From contig CAVQUB010000015.1 of the NCBI GenBank assembly GCA_963716725.1, positions 480,001 to 544,000 of the forward strand: 64,000 nucleotides of DNA, written 5' to 3'. Below, piece by piece: positions 30,412 through 39,503 of the stretch. Under the pieces are notes generated by a model. The model was not told where the DNA came from. It was given only the letters and a program-made list of their open reading frames with translations, and made no database searches. This stretch comes from an uncultured delta proteobacterium (GTDB lineage: Bacteria > Myxococcota_A > Polyangia > Polyangiales > Polyangiaceae). Each line of letters begins with the position of its first letter. The first letter of the stretch is position 1. The translations under genes were made by a program, and so were the position numbers.

Positions 30412-32144
30412 GACGGCTCCTCGCCTGCCTGATGCTCGTGCTCGGGGTCCTCAGCGCTTCGCCCACCGCCTGGGCGCAGGACCCCTTCGGACCCGGCATC
30501 GCACCGATGGGTGGTCAGCAAGACCCCAAGGCGAAGGCGAAGGCGAAGGCGAAGGCCCCCCCGCCGGGAACGCCCGAGCTTCACGCCGCGGGTGGCGGTG
30601 AGTCGCTCTTGCCGGCCGGCAGTGAGCCCAGCTTGCCCAAGATCCGCTGAAGCTCGGCAAGAAGCTCCAGCTGCGGCTCGGCACCAGCACCCAGCTCGAC
30701 GATCTGTCGCAAGGTCAGACCGGCGAGACCCAGCGCGAGTTCTACGGGCTCTACTACTCCGAGAAGAACGGCGGCTATCGCTTCCGCGTCGCCTTCCCGG
30801 TCTGGGCCGAGCGCACCCAACCCTCGCGCACCCAGCCCAAGGTCGAGGACCGCGCGTCGCTCTTCGGCGGCCTCTACTACAACCGCCGCAGCGCCGAGCG
30901 CGCCGACGACGTGCTGTTCCCGCTGGTCTGGAACATGCGGGATCTCACCGACGGCAGCCGCACCACGGTGGTCGGCCCGTTGGTGAATCGGGTCGCCCCC
31001 GGCGAGCGCGACAACTGGCTCGCGCCGCTCTACTTCACCGGCAAGCGCAAGCACGGCGGCTACACCATCATCCCGCCGCTCTTCACGTATACCCGCACCG
31101 ACGCCGACGGCCAGGGCGGCTTCAACCTGGTCGGCCCGATGTTCTGCTCGTGGAAGGGCGGACAGAACTGCGACACGCGCACCGCCCACGACATCGACTT
31201 CGGCGTCGCGCCCTTCTACTTCTACGGGCAGAACTGAGCAGAGCAAGTACGAGCTCATCCCGCCGCTGCTCCACTACTACAGCTACGACGACCGCGACCG
31301 AGACTTACGTGAACCTGTGGGGCCCGTACTACCGGGAGCACACCCAGGAACGCGAGATCCTCCACTTGTTGCCGCTGTACTGGAGCATCTGGGGGCCAGA
31401 ACGAGCGCCACACCACGCGTGCTGCCCGTTCTTCCACTACGGTCACAAGGGCAACGCGTGCGCTCTTCGTCAACCCGTTGTACCTGCTGCGCCACGGGCG
31501 ACGAGGGCGAGAAGACCTTCGTGACCTGGGGCTACGCGCGCCACCGCGGGCGCACGGAGCTCGACATGATCACGCCGCTGTACTGGCACTACCGAGATCC
31601 AGACATCGGCCTGGACCAGAAGCTGTTCTTCCCGTTCCTCTACTCACGGACCAGCCCCCGGGAGTCCAACCAGGTCTTCTTCCCGTTCTGGGGTCACTTC
31701 GAGCGCTACGGCGTCAGCGAGACCACCTGGATCACGCCCTTCTTCCAGCACACCACCGATCTGCGGGGCTGGGAGACCAACATCCACCCGATCTTGTACC
31801 TCGGCCGCAGCGGCCAGAGCTCGCACACGGTCGTGGCGCCCTTCTTCTGGGACTTCGTCGACCGGGATTCCCGCGCCACGGTCGGCTTCCCGGTCTACTG
31901 GCGCTTCAGCGATCGCGACAGCGTCAACCAGCTGGTGGGCAACGTGTACTATCGCGAGAAGAAGCTCTCGAGCGGCCTCGACTGGGAGATCCACGTCTTC
32001 CCGGCCTTCAGCTACGGCGAGACGCCGGACGGTCACTGGTGGAACGTGCTCTACGGGCTCGCGGGCTACACCCGCCGCGGCGACTTGGTGAAGATGCGGA
32101 CGCTCTGGATCCCCATCACGCTGAGCGGCGAAGAGAAGGATTGA
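30408..32144 (+). CDS. Large exported aromatic-rich repeat protein, multiple frameshifts
   Basis: Signal peptide ending AWA. Pieces in different frames (breaks near 30640 and several within 31235-31500) join into a chain of repeated (F/L/T)P(F/L)(Y/F)W-type units. Confidence 0.65.
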
Positions 32145-32188
32145 CGCTCGTCATCGCCGAGTTTCGCCGGCCGCGGCAGACTCGGCGC

Positions 32189-32896
32189 ATGAAGAACCTG
32201 TTCTTGGTGGCGGTACTGGGTCTTTCGTCGCTGACCGCGTGTGGCGACGACGACAATGGAGGCGGTTCGGGCGGCACCTCGAGCGGCGGTAGCGCCGGTT
32301 CGGGCGGCACCTCGAGCGGCGGCGCTTCGACCGGCGGCAGCGGTGGCAACGCCGGATCGGGCGGCACCTCGAGCGGTGGCAACGCCGGATCGGGCGGCAC
32401 CTCGAGCGGTGGCAACGCCGGGGCGGGCGGCACCTCGAGCGGTGGCAACGCCGGGGCGGGCGGCACCTCGAGCGGCGGTACTTCCAGTGGCGGTGCCGGC
32501 GGCACCGGTGGTTCGAGCGCCTGCAATACGCTGGTCAATGACGGCGCCGACATCGTCGAAGAGGCCGCGACGGGAACCCCACCGGCCATGACCGGCGGCA
32601 CCATCTCCGATGGCACCTACGTGCTCACGGCCCGCAAGGACTGGCAGGGTTCGTGTAACTGCACGTCGAGGCAGAAGCTCGCGATCAGCGGCGGAACCGT
32701 GCAGATCGTCGCGCGCACCGACAAGGCCGCCGATCAGCACATGACGGCGACGGCAGCGGTGGCGGGCAATCAGCTCACGTTGAGCGGGACCTGCCCAGTC
32801 GCGCAGAGCCTGAAGCAGACCTACACCGCGACCGCGACCCAGCTGTCGTTGTTCGACGCTTCCGACCAGTCGCTGAAGGTTTACACGAAGAAGTGA
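32189..32896 (+). CDS. Gly/Ser-rich lipoprotein
   Basis: MKNLFLVAVLGLSSLTAC lipobox; GGTSSGG repeats; small beta-rich C-terminal domain (GGTISDGTYVLT). Confidence 0.8.
   Translation: MKNLFLVAVLGLSSLTACGDDDNGGGSGGTSSGGSAGSGGTSSGGASTGGSGGNAGSGGTSSGGNAGSGGTSSGGNAGAGGTSSGGNAGAGGTSSGGTSSGGAGGTGGSSACNTLVNDGADIVEEAATGTPPAMTGGTISDGTYVLTARKDWQGSCNCTSRQKLAISGGTVQIVARTDKAADQHMTATAAVAGNQLTLSGTCPVAQSLKQTYTATATQLSLFDASDQSLKVYTKK
32340..32480 (+). repeat. 33-bp coding tandem repeat (GGTSSGGNAG[S/A]), about 4 copies
   Basis: GGCGGCACCTCGAGCGGTGGCAACGCCGG(AT/GG)CG repeated in tandem. Confidence 0.85.
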
Positions 32897-33304
32897 TCAG
32901 AACCGGAGGCTGTACGCCGCGGTCGCCGGTCCGATGCTCAGAGTGTGGACCGGCCGCCGCGCCTTGCCGGCTTTGGTCGGCCCTTTGGACGAGAGCACGA
33001 TCAGCGCGACGCCGGCCCCCGCGCTGAGCGCGCCGCCGATCATCAGCGGGAGACCCAGGCGCTTCGATCCAAGGTCGTCGGTGCCGAAGGCCAGGTAACC
33101 GCCCACCGCGGCCGCACCGACACCCGCGCCGGCCATGAACATCGCGATGGGCAGCGGCGATTCTTTCGGGGGCGGAGCCTCCTCGACGGATTGATCCGCT
33201 GGCGCCGGAGCCGCCGCCTTGGCGGCAGGGGCCGCGTCTTGGGCCTGGGCGGGAACCGAGAACGCGAGCACGGAGGCAGCGATGGAGACGACGATGGCGC
33301 GCAT
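32897..33304 (-). CDS. Small exported/membrane hypothetical protein
   Basis: Signal peptide (AQA), two hydrophobic segments, C-terminal YSLRF. Confidence 0.7.
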   Translation of the reverse strand: MRAIVVSIAASVLAFSVPAQAQDAAPAAKAAAPAPADQSVEEAPPPKESPLPIAMFMAGAGVGAAAVGGYLAFGTDDLGSKRLGLPLMIGGALSAGAGVALIVLSSKGPTKAGKARRPVHTLSIGPATAAYSLRF

Positions 33305-33390
33305 GGCGGTCGGAGCCTAAGGCAGATCGCCCCCCCTCGCCAAGCCGATCGCCGCACGATCCTTGAGAGTACCCGGAGGGGTACGCTAGC

Positions 33391-34446
33391 TTGTCGCGCG
33401 TGAAACGCTTCAAAGCAGCCGTCATTGGCGGATCGGGCTACGGCGGGGGCGAGATGATCCGCCGGCTCTTGATCCACCCCGAGGTGGATCTGGTTCGGAT
33501 CTCCTCCCTCGACTTCATCGGCGAGCCGCTCGGAGCGGCGCACCCGAACCTGGAGGGCCGCTCGGATCTGCGCTTCGAGAGCCTGCCTCCGGAGGCTGCC
33601 GCCGAGGGCGTGGACGTGGTCTTGCTCGGCCTGCCCCACAAGGTGAGCGCCGAGGTCGTCCCGAAGCTGATCAGCACGGGGGTGCGCATCGTCGACATGA
33701 GCGGGGACTTCAGGCTGAAGAGCGCCGAGGCCTACGCGCAGCACTACGGCAAGCAGCACCCCTGCCCCGAGCTGCTCTCGAAGTTCGTGTACGGGCTGCC
33801 CGAGCTCAACCGCGAAGCGATCCGCGCCTCTCGCTACGTGGCCTCCCCGGGTTGCTTCGCCACCACCCTCTCGCTCGGTCTGCTGCCCTTGGCCAAGGCC
33901 GGGTGGCTGCGCGGATCGGTGGAGAGCGTCGCCATCACGGGATCGAGCGGCAGCGGCGTCGTGCCCAGCGCCGGCACCCATCACCCGGTGCGCGCCGGCA
34001 ACCTGCGCACCTACAAGCCGCTGTCTCACCAGCACGTCCCGGAGATCGAAGAGACCTTGCTCAGCGCGGGCGCGCCCGTGTCCATCCGCTTCGTGCCGGT
34101 GTCGGCGCCGCTGTCCCGGGGGATCTTCGCCACCAGCTTCGTGCGCGTGGACGCCTCGGTGCCCAAAGCAGAGATCGAACAGGTGGCCCAACGGACTTAT
34201 GCAAGCGAGCCCTTCGTGCGGGTGCCCAGCGGGCGTCTGCCCGAGGTCGTGGCGGTGGCGGGCTCGAACTACGTCGAGGTCGCGGTGCTGGCGGGTCCCG
34301 TCGACGGCGACACCCGGCTGGTGACCTGCTTCAGCGTCACCGACAACCTGATCAAGGGCGGCGCAGGCCAGGCCATCCAGAACATGAACCTGATCCTGGG
34401 CCTCGACGAAAAGCTCTCGCTCGACGATCCCGGCGGGTATCCGTGA
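33391..34446 (+). CDS. argC: N-acetyl-gamma-glutamyl-phosphate reductase
   Basis: IGGSGYGGGE, DMSGDFR, YGLPE, ASPGCFAT, DNLIKGGAGQAIQNMN. Confidence 0.96.
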   Translation: MSRVKRFKAAVIGGSGYGGGEMIRRLLIHPEVDLVRISSLDFIGEPLGAAHPNLEGRSDLRFESLPPEAAAEGVDVVLLGLPHKVSAEVVPKLISTGVRIVDMSGDFRLKSAEAYAQHYGKQHPCPELLSKFVYGLPELNREAIRASRYVASPGCFATTLSLGLLPLAKAGWLRGSVESVAITGSSGSGVVPSAGTHHPVRAGNLRTYKPLSHQHVPEIEETLLSAGAPVSIRFVPVSAPLSRGIFATSFVRVDASVPKAEIEQVAQRTYASEPFVRVPSGRLPEVVAVAGSNYVEVAVLAGPVDGDTRLVTCFSVTDNLIKGGAGQAIQNMNLILGLDEKLSLDDPGGYP

Positions 34447-35321
34447 GCGATCGCGTCGTCGTCAAGCTCGGCGGCGAGGTGATCCGGGGCAGCGCCCTCG
34501 GCGCCTTGGCGGCGGAGCTCGCGGAGCTGGCTCGACAGCGCAGGGTCGTGGTCGTTCACGGGGGCGGACCGCAGACCACCGCGCTCCAGAAAGCCCTGGG
34601 CCAGACGCCGAACATCGTCGGCGGCCGCCGCGTGACCGACGCCGCCACCCTCGACGCGATCAAGATGGCCGTGGCCGGACAGGCCAACGTGGATCTGTGC
34701 GCGGCTCTCACCGGCGCCGGAGCCCGCCCGGTGGGTCTCCACGGCGCGTCGAGCGCGGTCATCCGTGCCCACCAGCGCCCGCCCCGCGTCTACAGCGGCG
34801 CGGGCCCGGACCCGATCGATCTCGGGCACGTTGGCGACGTCGAGGGCTTCGACGTCGCGCTGCTCGATCTCCTCGCCGGCAGCGGCTACCTGCCGGTGCT
34901 GGCCTGCCTCGGCGGCGACGCCGACGGGCAGGTGTTCAACATCAACGCGGACATTGTCGCGACCCGCGTCGCCGCTGCCCTGGGCGCGTCGGATCTGATG
35001 GCGCTGATGGACGTGCCGGGCGTGCTCGCGGACCGCGATGATCCGAGCACGCGCTTCGAGAAGCTGACCATCGCAGAGGCCCGGGGCCTCATCGAACGCG
35101 GGGTCGTTGCCGGCGGCATGATCCCGAAGCTCGAGGAGTCGTTCGTCGCCCTCGAGTCCGGCGTGGCGCGCGTGCACTTACTGAACCGCGATCTGGCCCG
35201 GGCCGCGGCGACCCCGGGCTCGGTGGGCACGCTGCTGGTGGAAATAGCCCCGCCAGCCAAGAGATTTCGAGCCCGGGCCGCGGCGACCCCGGGCTCGGTG
35301 GGCACGCTGCTGGTGAAATAG
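34443..35321 (+). CDS. argB: Acetylglutamate kinase (3' end lies in a tandem repeat; true stop may be 35247)
   Basis: VVKLGG, VHGGGPQ, GRRVTD, NINAD, GGMIPKL, GTLL; GTG overlaps the argC stop. Confidence 0.93.
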   Translation: MSDRVVVKLGGEVIRGSALGALAAELAELARQRRVVVVHGGGPQTTALQKALGQTPNIVGGRRVTDAATLDAIKMAVAGQANVDLCAALTGAGARPVGLHGASSAVIRAHQRPPRVYSGAGPDPIDLGHVGDVEGFDVALLDLLAGSGYLPVLACLGGDADGQVFNINADIVATRVAAALGASDLMALMDVPGVLADRDDPSTRFEKLTIAEARGLIERGVVAGGMIPKLEESFVALESGVARVHLLNRDLARAAATPGSVGTLLVEIAPPAKRFRARAAATPGSVGTLLVK

Positions 35322-35388
35322 CCCCGCCAGCCAAGAGATTTCGAGCCCGGGCCGCGGCGACCCCGGGCTCGGTGGGCACGCTGCTGGT
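35196..35388 (+). repeat. Tandem repeat, 74-75-bp period: three identical 44-bp units separated by two near-identical 30-31-bp linkers
   Basis: GCCCGGGCCGCGGCGACCCCGGGCTCGGTGGGCACGCTGCTGGT at 35196, 35271 and 35345; linker G(G)AAATAGCCCCGCCAGCCAAGAGATTTCGA. Confidence 0.95.
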
Positions 35389-35394
35389 CAGCGG

Positions 35395-35422
35395 TTGACG
35401 GGTGTTACACCAGTGCTACACC
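35395..35422 (+). promoter_or_regulatory. Candidate promoter/operator of the RelBE-like operon
   Basis: TTGACG -35 element; palindrome GGTGT-T-ACACC and a second related GTGCTACAC; SD GGAGG before ATG 35440. Confidence 0.5.
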
Positions 35423-35439
35423 CCGAGCAGGAGGTGAGC

Positions 35440-35661
35440 ATGCCCACGACCAAGAAACGCATCAACATCACGGTCGACGACCGAACCTACGAGGCGCTGG
35501 AGCGTCTGTCGGGTGAACGAAAGCAGTCAGTTGCGGGCGTGGGACTCAGCCTGATCGAAGAAGCCCTGGAGTATCAGGAAGATCTTCATTTCTCACGCAT
35601 CGCCGACGATCGCTTGAGCAAGAAGCAGACGCGGATCCCCCATCAGAAGGCGTGGGATTGA
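35440..35661 (+). CDS. RHH/CopG-like antitoxin
   Basis: KRINITVDDRTYEAL; acidic C-terminal half; overlaps the toxin start. Confidence 0.85.
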   Translation: MPTTKKRINITVDDRTYEALERLSGERKQSVAGVGLSLIEEALEYQEDLHFSRIADDRLSKKQTRIPHQKAWD

Positions 35662-35921
35662 CCTATCGGATCGAATACCTGGAAAGCGTCGTTCGAGAAG
35701 ACATCCCCGTTCTCTCCCAGGCCATTCGCAACCGAATCCGCGCCGCCATCGAGCGCAAGCTCAGCGTCCACCCCATCGAGTTTGGCAAACCACTGCGCTA
35801 CAGCTTCAAAGGTGCACGCCGGCTGCGAGTCGGCGATTGGCGCGTTGTCTACACCATCGAGCCGCCGTCTACCGTCCTGATCGTCAAGATCGGACATCGG
35901 AGCGAAGTCTACGAGCCGTGA
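35658..35921 (+). CDS. RelE/ParE-family toxin
   Basis: YRIEY...FGKPLRYSFKGARRLRVGDWRVVY, a RelE-type signature. Confidence 0.9.
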   Translation: MTYRIEYLESVVREDIPVLSQAIRNRIRAAIERKLSVHPIEFGKPLRYSFKGARRLRVGDWRVVYTIEPPSTVLIVKIGHRSEVYEP

Positions 35922-35953
35922 GCGGGGACGACACGCACGCTGCCGGTCCGGGC

Positions 35954-36460
35954 CTAGTGCCGCGCGGCTGAAGTTCGAGTGGATTCGCGCCTGAGACCCG
36001 CGCTCATTTGGGCTCTCACAGGAAGGGCGGAAGAGCGGAAGGATTGGGGGGGGTCAGGCGTGAGCCCCCGCAGGCCATTTCTGAGCGCGGTCACGTTGAA
36101 GTTGACGAGCAGGCCGACAGGCAACTGCGAAAGGCGCAGATAGGTGATGACCTGCGCTTCGTGAATCGGGAGCAGCCGCTCGACCGCCCCGAGCTCCAGG
36201 AGGATATGATCTGGAAGCGACCAGGTTGAGGCGATAGGCGCAGTCAAGGTGCACGCCTTTTTGGCGGATTGGTAGCGGATCGGTAGCGGTCGCTGCCGCT
36301 CGAACCTGAGCCGTCGTTCGGACAGCTCGGCAGATAGACAGGCCTCGTATGCGGATTCCATCTGCCCTGGACCGAGATGCCGATGCACCTCGATCAGCGC
36401 ACCGATCACCTCGTCCGTCCCATCCCCAAATCTTCCGAGCTTTCGCCCTTCCTGTGCCAT
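35954..36460 (-). pseudogene. Degenerate GxxExxY (PD-(D/E)XK-like) protein gene
   Basis: EVHRHLGPGQMESAYEACL and HEAQVITYLRLSQLPVGLLVNFN lie in one frame, while the family segment KGVHLDCAYRLNLV lies in another. The expected RxD and ELK acidic/Lys residues read RLN and ELG. Confidence 0.75.
36017..36456. repeat. Imperfect ~28-bp inverted repeats flanking the GxxExxY gene core
   Basis: 36017-36045 CACAGGAAGGGCGGAAGAGCGGAAGGATT vs reverse complement of 36429-36456 CACAGGAAGGGCGAAAGCTCGGAAGATT. Confidence 0.85.
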
Positions 36461-36593
36461 CCCCGTGCGAGCGGAACCGTCGGACGACCACCGTGCGCTC
36501 GGCCCGCGAACGCGCTGTAGTCGATCATGTCACCCCACTACGCCGACGACACGCACACGGAAAAGAAGCCAGCGAAACTTCTGCCGCGCGGTA

Positions 36594-37427
36594 CTAGTCG
36601 CTGTCTTTGCAGCAGCGGAAGCCGGTCTCGGCGCCGTGGTAGTAGCGGTCGTGGGCGGTCTGCGCCGCGCGACAGAAGTTCCGGCTCGGCTGCCAGTAAG
36701 CGCCCTTCATGGCCGGGCGCTCGGGCGTCGAGTTGTCGATGGTGACGAACTCTTCCAAGTTGCCCGCCAGGTGCTTGATGCCAAAGGGGCTCTCGCAGCG
36801 GGGGTAGTCGTCGGCGGTCACGCGCATGTCCCGGAGCTTGCCCTCGGGCGTCACCACGTCGAGGTGATCGGCGTTGCAGGCCGTGGCGTCGCGCTTGAAG
36901 CCGTAGGGGTAAGGGCGCATCTCCTCGCCCTCACAGGCGAAGTTGTACTCGCTCTCCATGCACAGGCGCTTGCCGAGGCTCTTGCAGGTGCGGTCGCCGT
37001 GGGTCCAGCTCTGGTCGCTGGCCGGGAGAGTCTCTCCGGGGCGGACGTACTCCGAGCGGTCCATGCAGAAGCGCATCTTCTTGCGCGGCTTGAGGCATTT
37101 GGCCGGCTGGGCGTACTCCGCGCAGCGGAAGAACTCGTAGCGCCCCGGCGGGTCCATGTACTTCTGGCAGCGCTGCTCGACCTCGGGGCAGTAGTCGCCC
37201 TCGACCAGGAGCATGCCCTCCGGGCAGGCCTTGGGCTCCGGCGGCTGGGCCAGCGCGACGAGGTTCACTGCCGCCGGGACCAGCGCCGCCAGCGTGGGCG
37301 ACTGCGCCAGGCGCGGCGTGGTGGTCTCGTCATCGACGGGCTGCGGAACGGTCGCATCGCGTCGGTTGCAGGCGACGAGGAGCAGCAGGGCTGCGCTCAT
37401 CACCGCGGCGTTGGGGAGGCTTCGCAC
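36594..37427 (-). CDS. FGE-sulfatase (SUMF1/EgtB/PvdO-like) fold lipoprotein
   Basis: Lipobox LVAC; CPEGMLLVEG, FCMDRSEY, KRLCMESEYNFAC, LAGNLEE, GFRCC. Start may be ATG 37400. Confidence 0.85.
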   Translation of the reverse strand: MRSLPNAAVMSAALLLLVACNRRDATVPQPVDDETTTPRLAQSPTLAALVPAAVNLVALAQPPEPKACPEGMLLVEGDYCPEVEQRCQKYMDPPGRYEFFRCAEYAQPAKCLKPRKKMRFCMDRSEYVRPGETLPASDQSWTHGDRTCKSLGKRLCMESEYNFACEGEEMRPYPYGFKRDATACNADHLDVVTPEGKLRDMRVTADDYPRCESPFGIKHLAGNLEEFVTIDNSTPERPAMKGAYWQPSRNFCRAAQTAHDRYYHGAETGFRCCKDSD

Positions 37428-37614
37428 GCCGCCCTTGAATCCCAGCGCAGCGCCCCCGCGTCAAGCGCTGATTTTTCATGCAGTGCCGGGTGAATACCTA
37501 CGGAGTACGCGAGGATATGTGTGATTTCAGCAGCTTTGCCTGCGGTATCTCGAGTAGATCGTTCGGTCGGCCGGGCGATCTGGAGCCCGCGATTTTGTCC
37601 GTGCCGCCCGCAGC

Positions 37615-38589
37615 TCAGCCGTGGGCGCCGCTGGGCGTACCGGGCGCGTCCGAGCAGCAGCGAACCCCCACCTGGATGTCGTGATAGTGGTCGTCGTGCT
37701 TGGTGGTGGCCGGCCGGCAGCGGTTACGAGCGGGCATCCACCAGCCACCCTTGAGGCCGTTCCGGTAGGGGTAGGCGTAGCGCTGGGTCTCACGCAGGAC
37801 GGGTTCGTCGAGGTTGCCGACCATGTCGTAGACCCCAAAGGGGCTGCTGCACTCGGCGTTGGCGCCGTTCTCCATCCGGTGGTCGAGCAGCACCTGATAC
37901 TGCTTGTTGGTCGGATCGTAGAGTTCTTCCTTGGGCCGGTCTTGGTTGCACTTGGCTTCGCGCTTCCAGCCGTAGGGATAGGGGCGCATTTCCTCGCCCT
38001 CGCAGGCGAAGTTCCACTCGCTCTCGGTGCAGACCCGCTTGCCGATGCCCTTGCAGGTGTCCTGCGCGATCACGAAGCTCGCCTGGTTCATCGGCAGCTT
38101 TTCGCCGGGTTTTGTGTACTCGTAGCGGTCGATGCAGAAGCTCAGCTTGATCCGCTCACCGATGCAGGTCGCCTGGGGCTCGTACTCCCCGCAGCGCGCG
38201 TAGGGCAGCGCCGGATCGTCCAGCCACTTCACGCAGTTGTGGCGCACATCGGTGCAGTAGTCGCCGTCCACCGCGACCATGTCGGGGGGACACGCCCCGC
38301 TGGTGGTGGGCACGGCCCCCGGAGGCGCCCCAGGCACCGGTGCGACATTGCTGTCGCGGCTCGCATTCACGTTCGCGGTGACCGCGTCGGAGGTGACGCT
38401 GTTACGTTCGACGTGACGCGCTTCTACCGCGCCTTGATACGGGTCCACGGTGCCGACGGGCGCCACCTGGGCTCGAGGGTGCCCTTCGGAGAATAGGCTC
38501 CACGCCTGGGGCTTTGCAGGAGCATCTCCGCCGATCGCGAGGAATCCAGCTGCGATCAGCAAGAACCCCGTCCAAGAACGCCGATCCAT
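37615..38589 (-). CDS. FGE-sulfatase fold exported protein, paralog of the downstream gene
   Basis: CPPDMVAVDG, FCIDRYEY, KRVCTESEWNFAC, SPFGVYDMVGNLDE, GVRCC. Confidence 0.85.
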   Translation of the reverse strand: MDRRSWTGFLLIAAGFLAIGGDAPAKPQAWSLFSEGHPRAQVAPVGTVDPYQGAVEARHVERNSVTSDAVTANVNASRDSNVAPVPGAPPGAVPTTSGACPPDMVAVDGDYCTDVRHNCVKWLDDPALPYARCGEYEPQATCIGERIKLSFCIDRYEYTKPGEKLPMNQASFVIAQDTCKGIGKRVCTESEWNFACEGEEMRPYPYGWKREAKCNQDRPKEELYDPTNKQYQVLLDHRMENGANAECSSPFGVYDMVGNLDEPVLRETQRYAYPYRNGLKGGWWMPARNRCRPATTKHDDHYHDIQVGVRCCSDAPGTPSGAHG

Positions 38590-38680
38590 ACGACCTCCAC
38601 CTACATGGTCGCAGTCCTCCCCGCGGTGAACCAAGTTCCCGGACATACGCCGAGACATTGCATCCTCCGTGCCGAAAGGA

Positions 38681-39478
38681 TCAGCGACCTCCGTCTCCCA
38701 GGAACGGCACGAAGCGCACGTCCAGGAGCCGCTCGCGTGAGAACGCGTCGGGCGCGTTGCCGGCGCCAATTCGCGTCCAGCGTTCGAGGGCCTGGACGCC
38801 GCCGCGCGAGCCCACCGGGATGACCAGGCGCCCTCCGACCGCGAGCTGATCGAGCAACGGTTGCGGGACCATTTCCGGCGCGGCGGTCACGACAACCACG
38901 TCGAAGGGCTGGGCTTCGGGCCAGCCCACGTAGCCGTCCCCGCTTCGAAGCGCCAGGCGCTCCTCGCCGTAGCCCAGCGTGCGCAGCCGAGCCTTGGCCT
39001 CGGCTGCCAGCTCTGGCAGGTACTCGATGGACCAAGTGCGCCCGCAGAGCTCGGCCAGGACCGCAGCCTGGTACCCGCTGCCGGTCCCGATCTCGAGGCA
39101 CTTGTCGGTCCGGCGCGGCGACACCGCCTCGGTCATGAAGGCGACGATGAAGGGCTGGCTGATGGTCTGCCCCAGACCGATGGGCAGCGGCCGGTCCGCG
39201 TAGGCCATCTCGCGGACGGCCTCGGGCACCAGCGCATGGCGCGGCACACGTCGCATCGCGCCCAGAACCCGCTCGTCCTTCACGCCATCGCGGGCGATGG
39301 CTCGCACCAGGGCCTCGCGTTCCTCGACGCGCTCTCCAAAGGCCGCGGGCGCCGGGGCCGAAGCGCCCGGCGTCGGCGCGGCACCGGGCTCCCGCGTCTC
39401 GGCGGGCGGTGGGGCCGGCGCCGGCTCGCGACGGGCGCATCCGACGAGGGCGACTGTGAGCAAGAGCGCTGCCTTCAT
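38681..39478 (-). CDS. pcm: Protein-L-isoaspartate O-methyltransferase with lipoprotein-like signal
   Basis: VPRH, AYADRPLPIGLGQTISQP, LEIGTGSGYQAAVL, GDGYVGWPE, VRFVP; N-terminus MKAALLLTVALVGC. Confidence 0.92.
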   Translation of the reverse strand: MKAALLLTVALVGCARREPAPAPPPAETREPGAAPTPGASAPAPAAFGERVEEREALVRAIARDGVKDERVLGAMRRVPRHALVPEAVREMAYADRPLPIGLGQTISQPFIVAFMTEAVSPRRTDKCLEIGTGSGYQAAVLAELCGRTWSIEYLPELAAEAKARLRTLGYGEERLALRSGDGYVGWPEAQPFDVVVVTAAPEMVPQPLLDQLAVGGRLVIPVGSRGGVQALERWTRIGAGNAPDAFSRERLLDVRFVPFLGDGGR

Positions 39479-39503
39479 CCGGACCCTGCCGGAGTTGCAT
39501 CCC

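Noticed and set aside
32260..32520. Gly/Ser repeat as a novel repeat element (also 52860-53020 and 61915-61980)
   Set aside because: In-frame low-complexity linkers after lipoprotein signals; they are explained by the protein sequence.
35196..35388. Possible mini CRISPR array (44-bp repeats with 30-bp spacers)
   Set aside because: The two spacers are the same sequence apart from one base, the repeat is argB coding sequence, and no cas genes are in the window.
36594..38589. Diversity-generating retroelement targeting the FGE/CLec-fold genes
   Set aside because: No reverse transcriptase and no template repeat differing only at adenines were seen.
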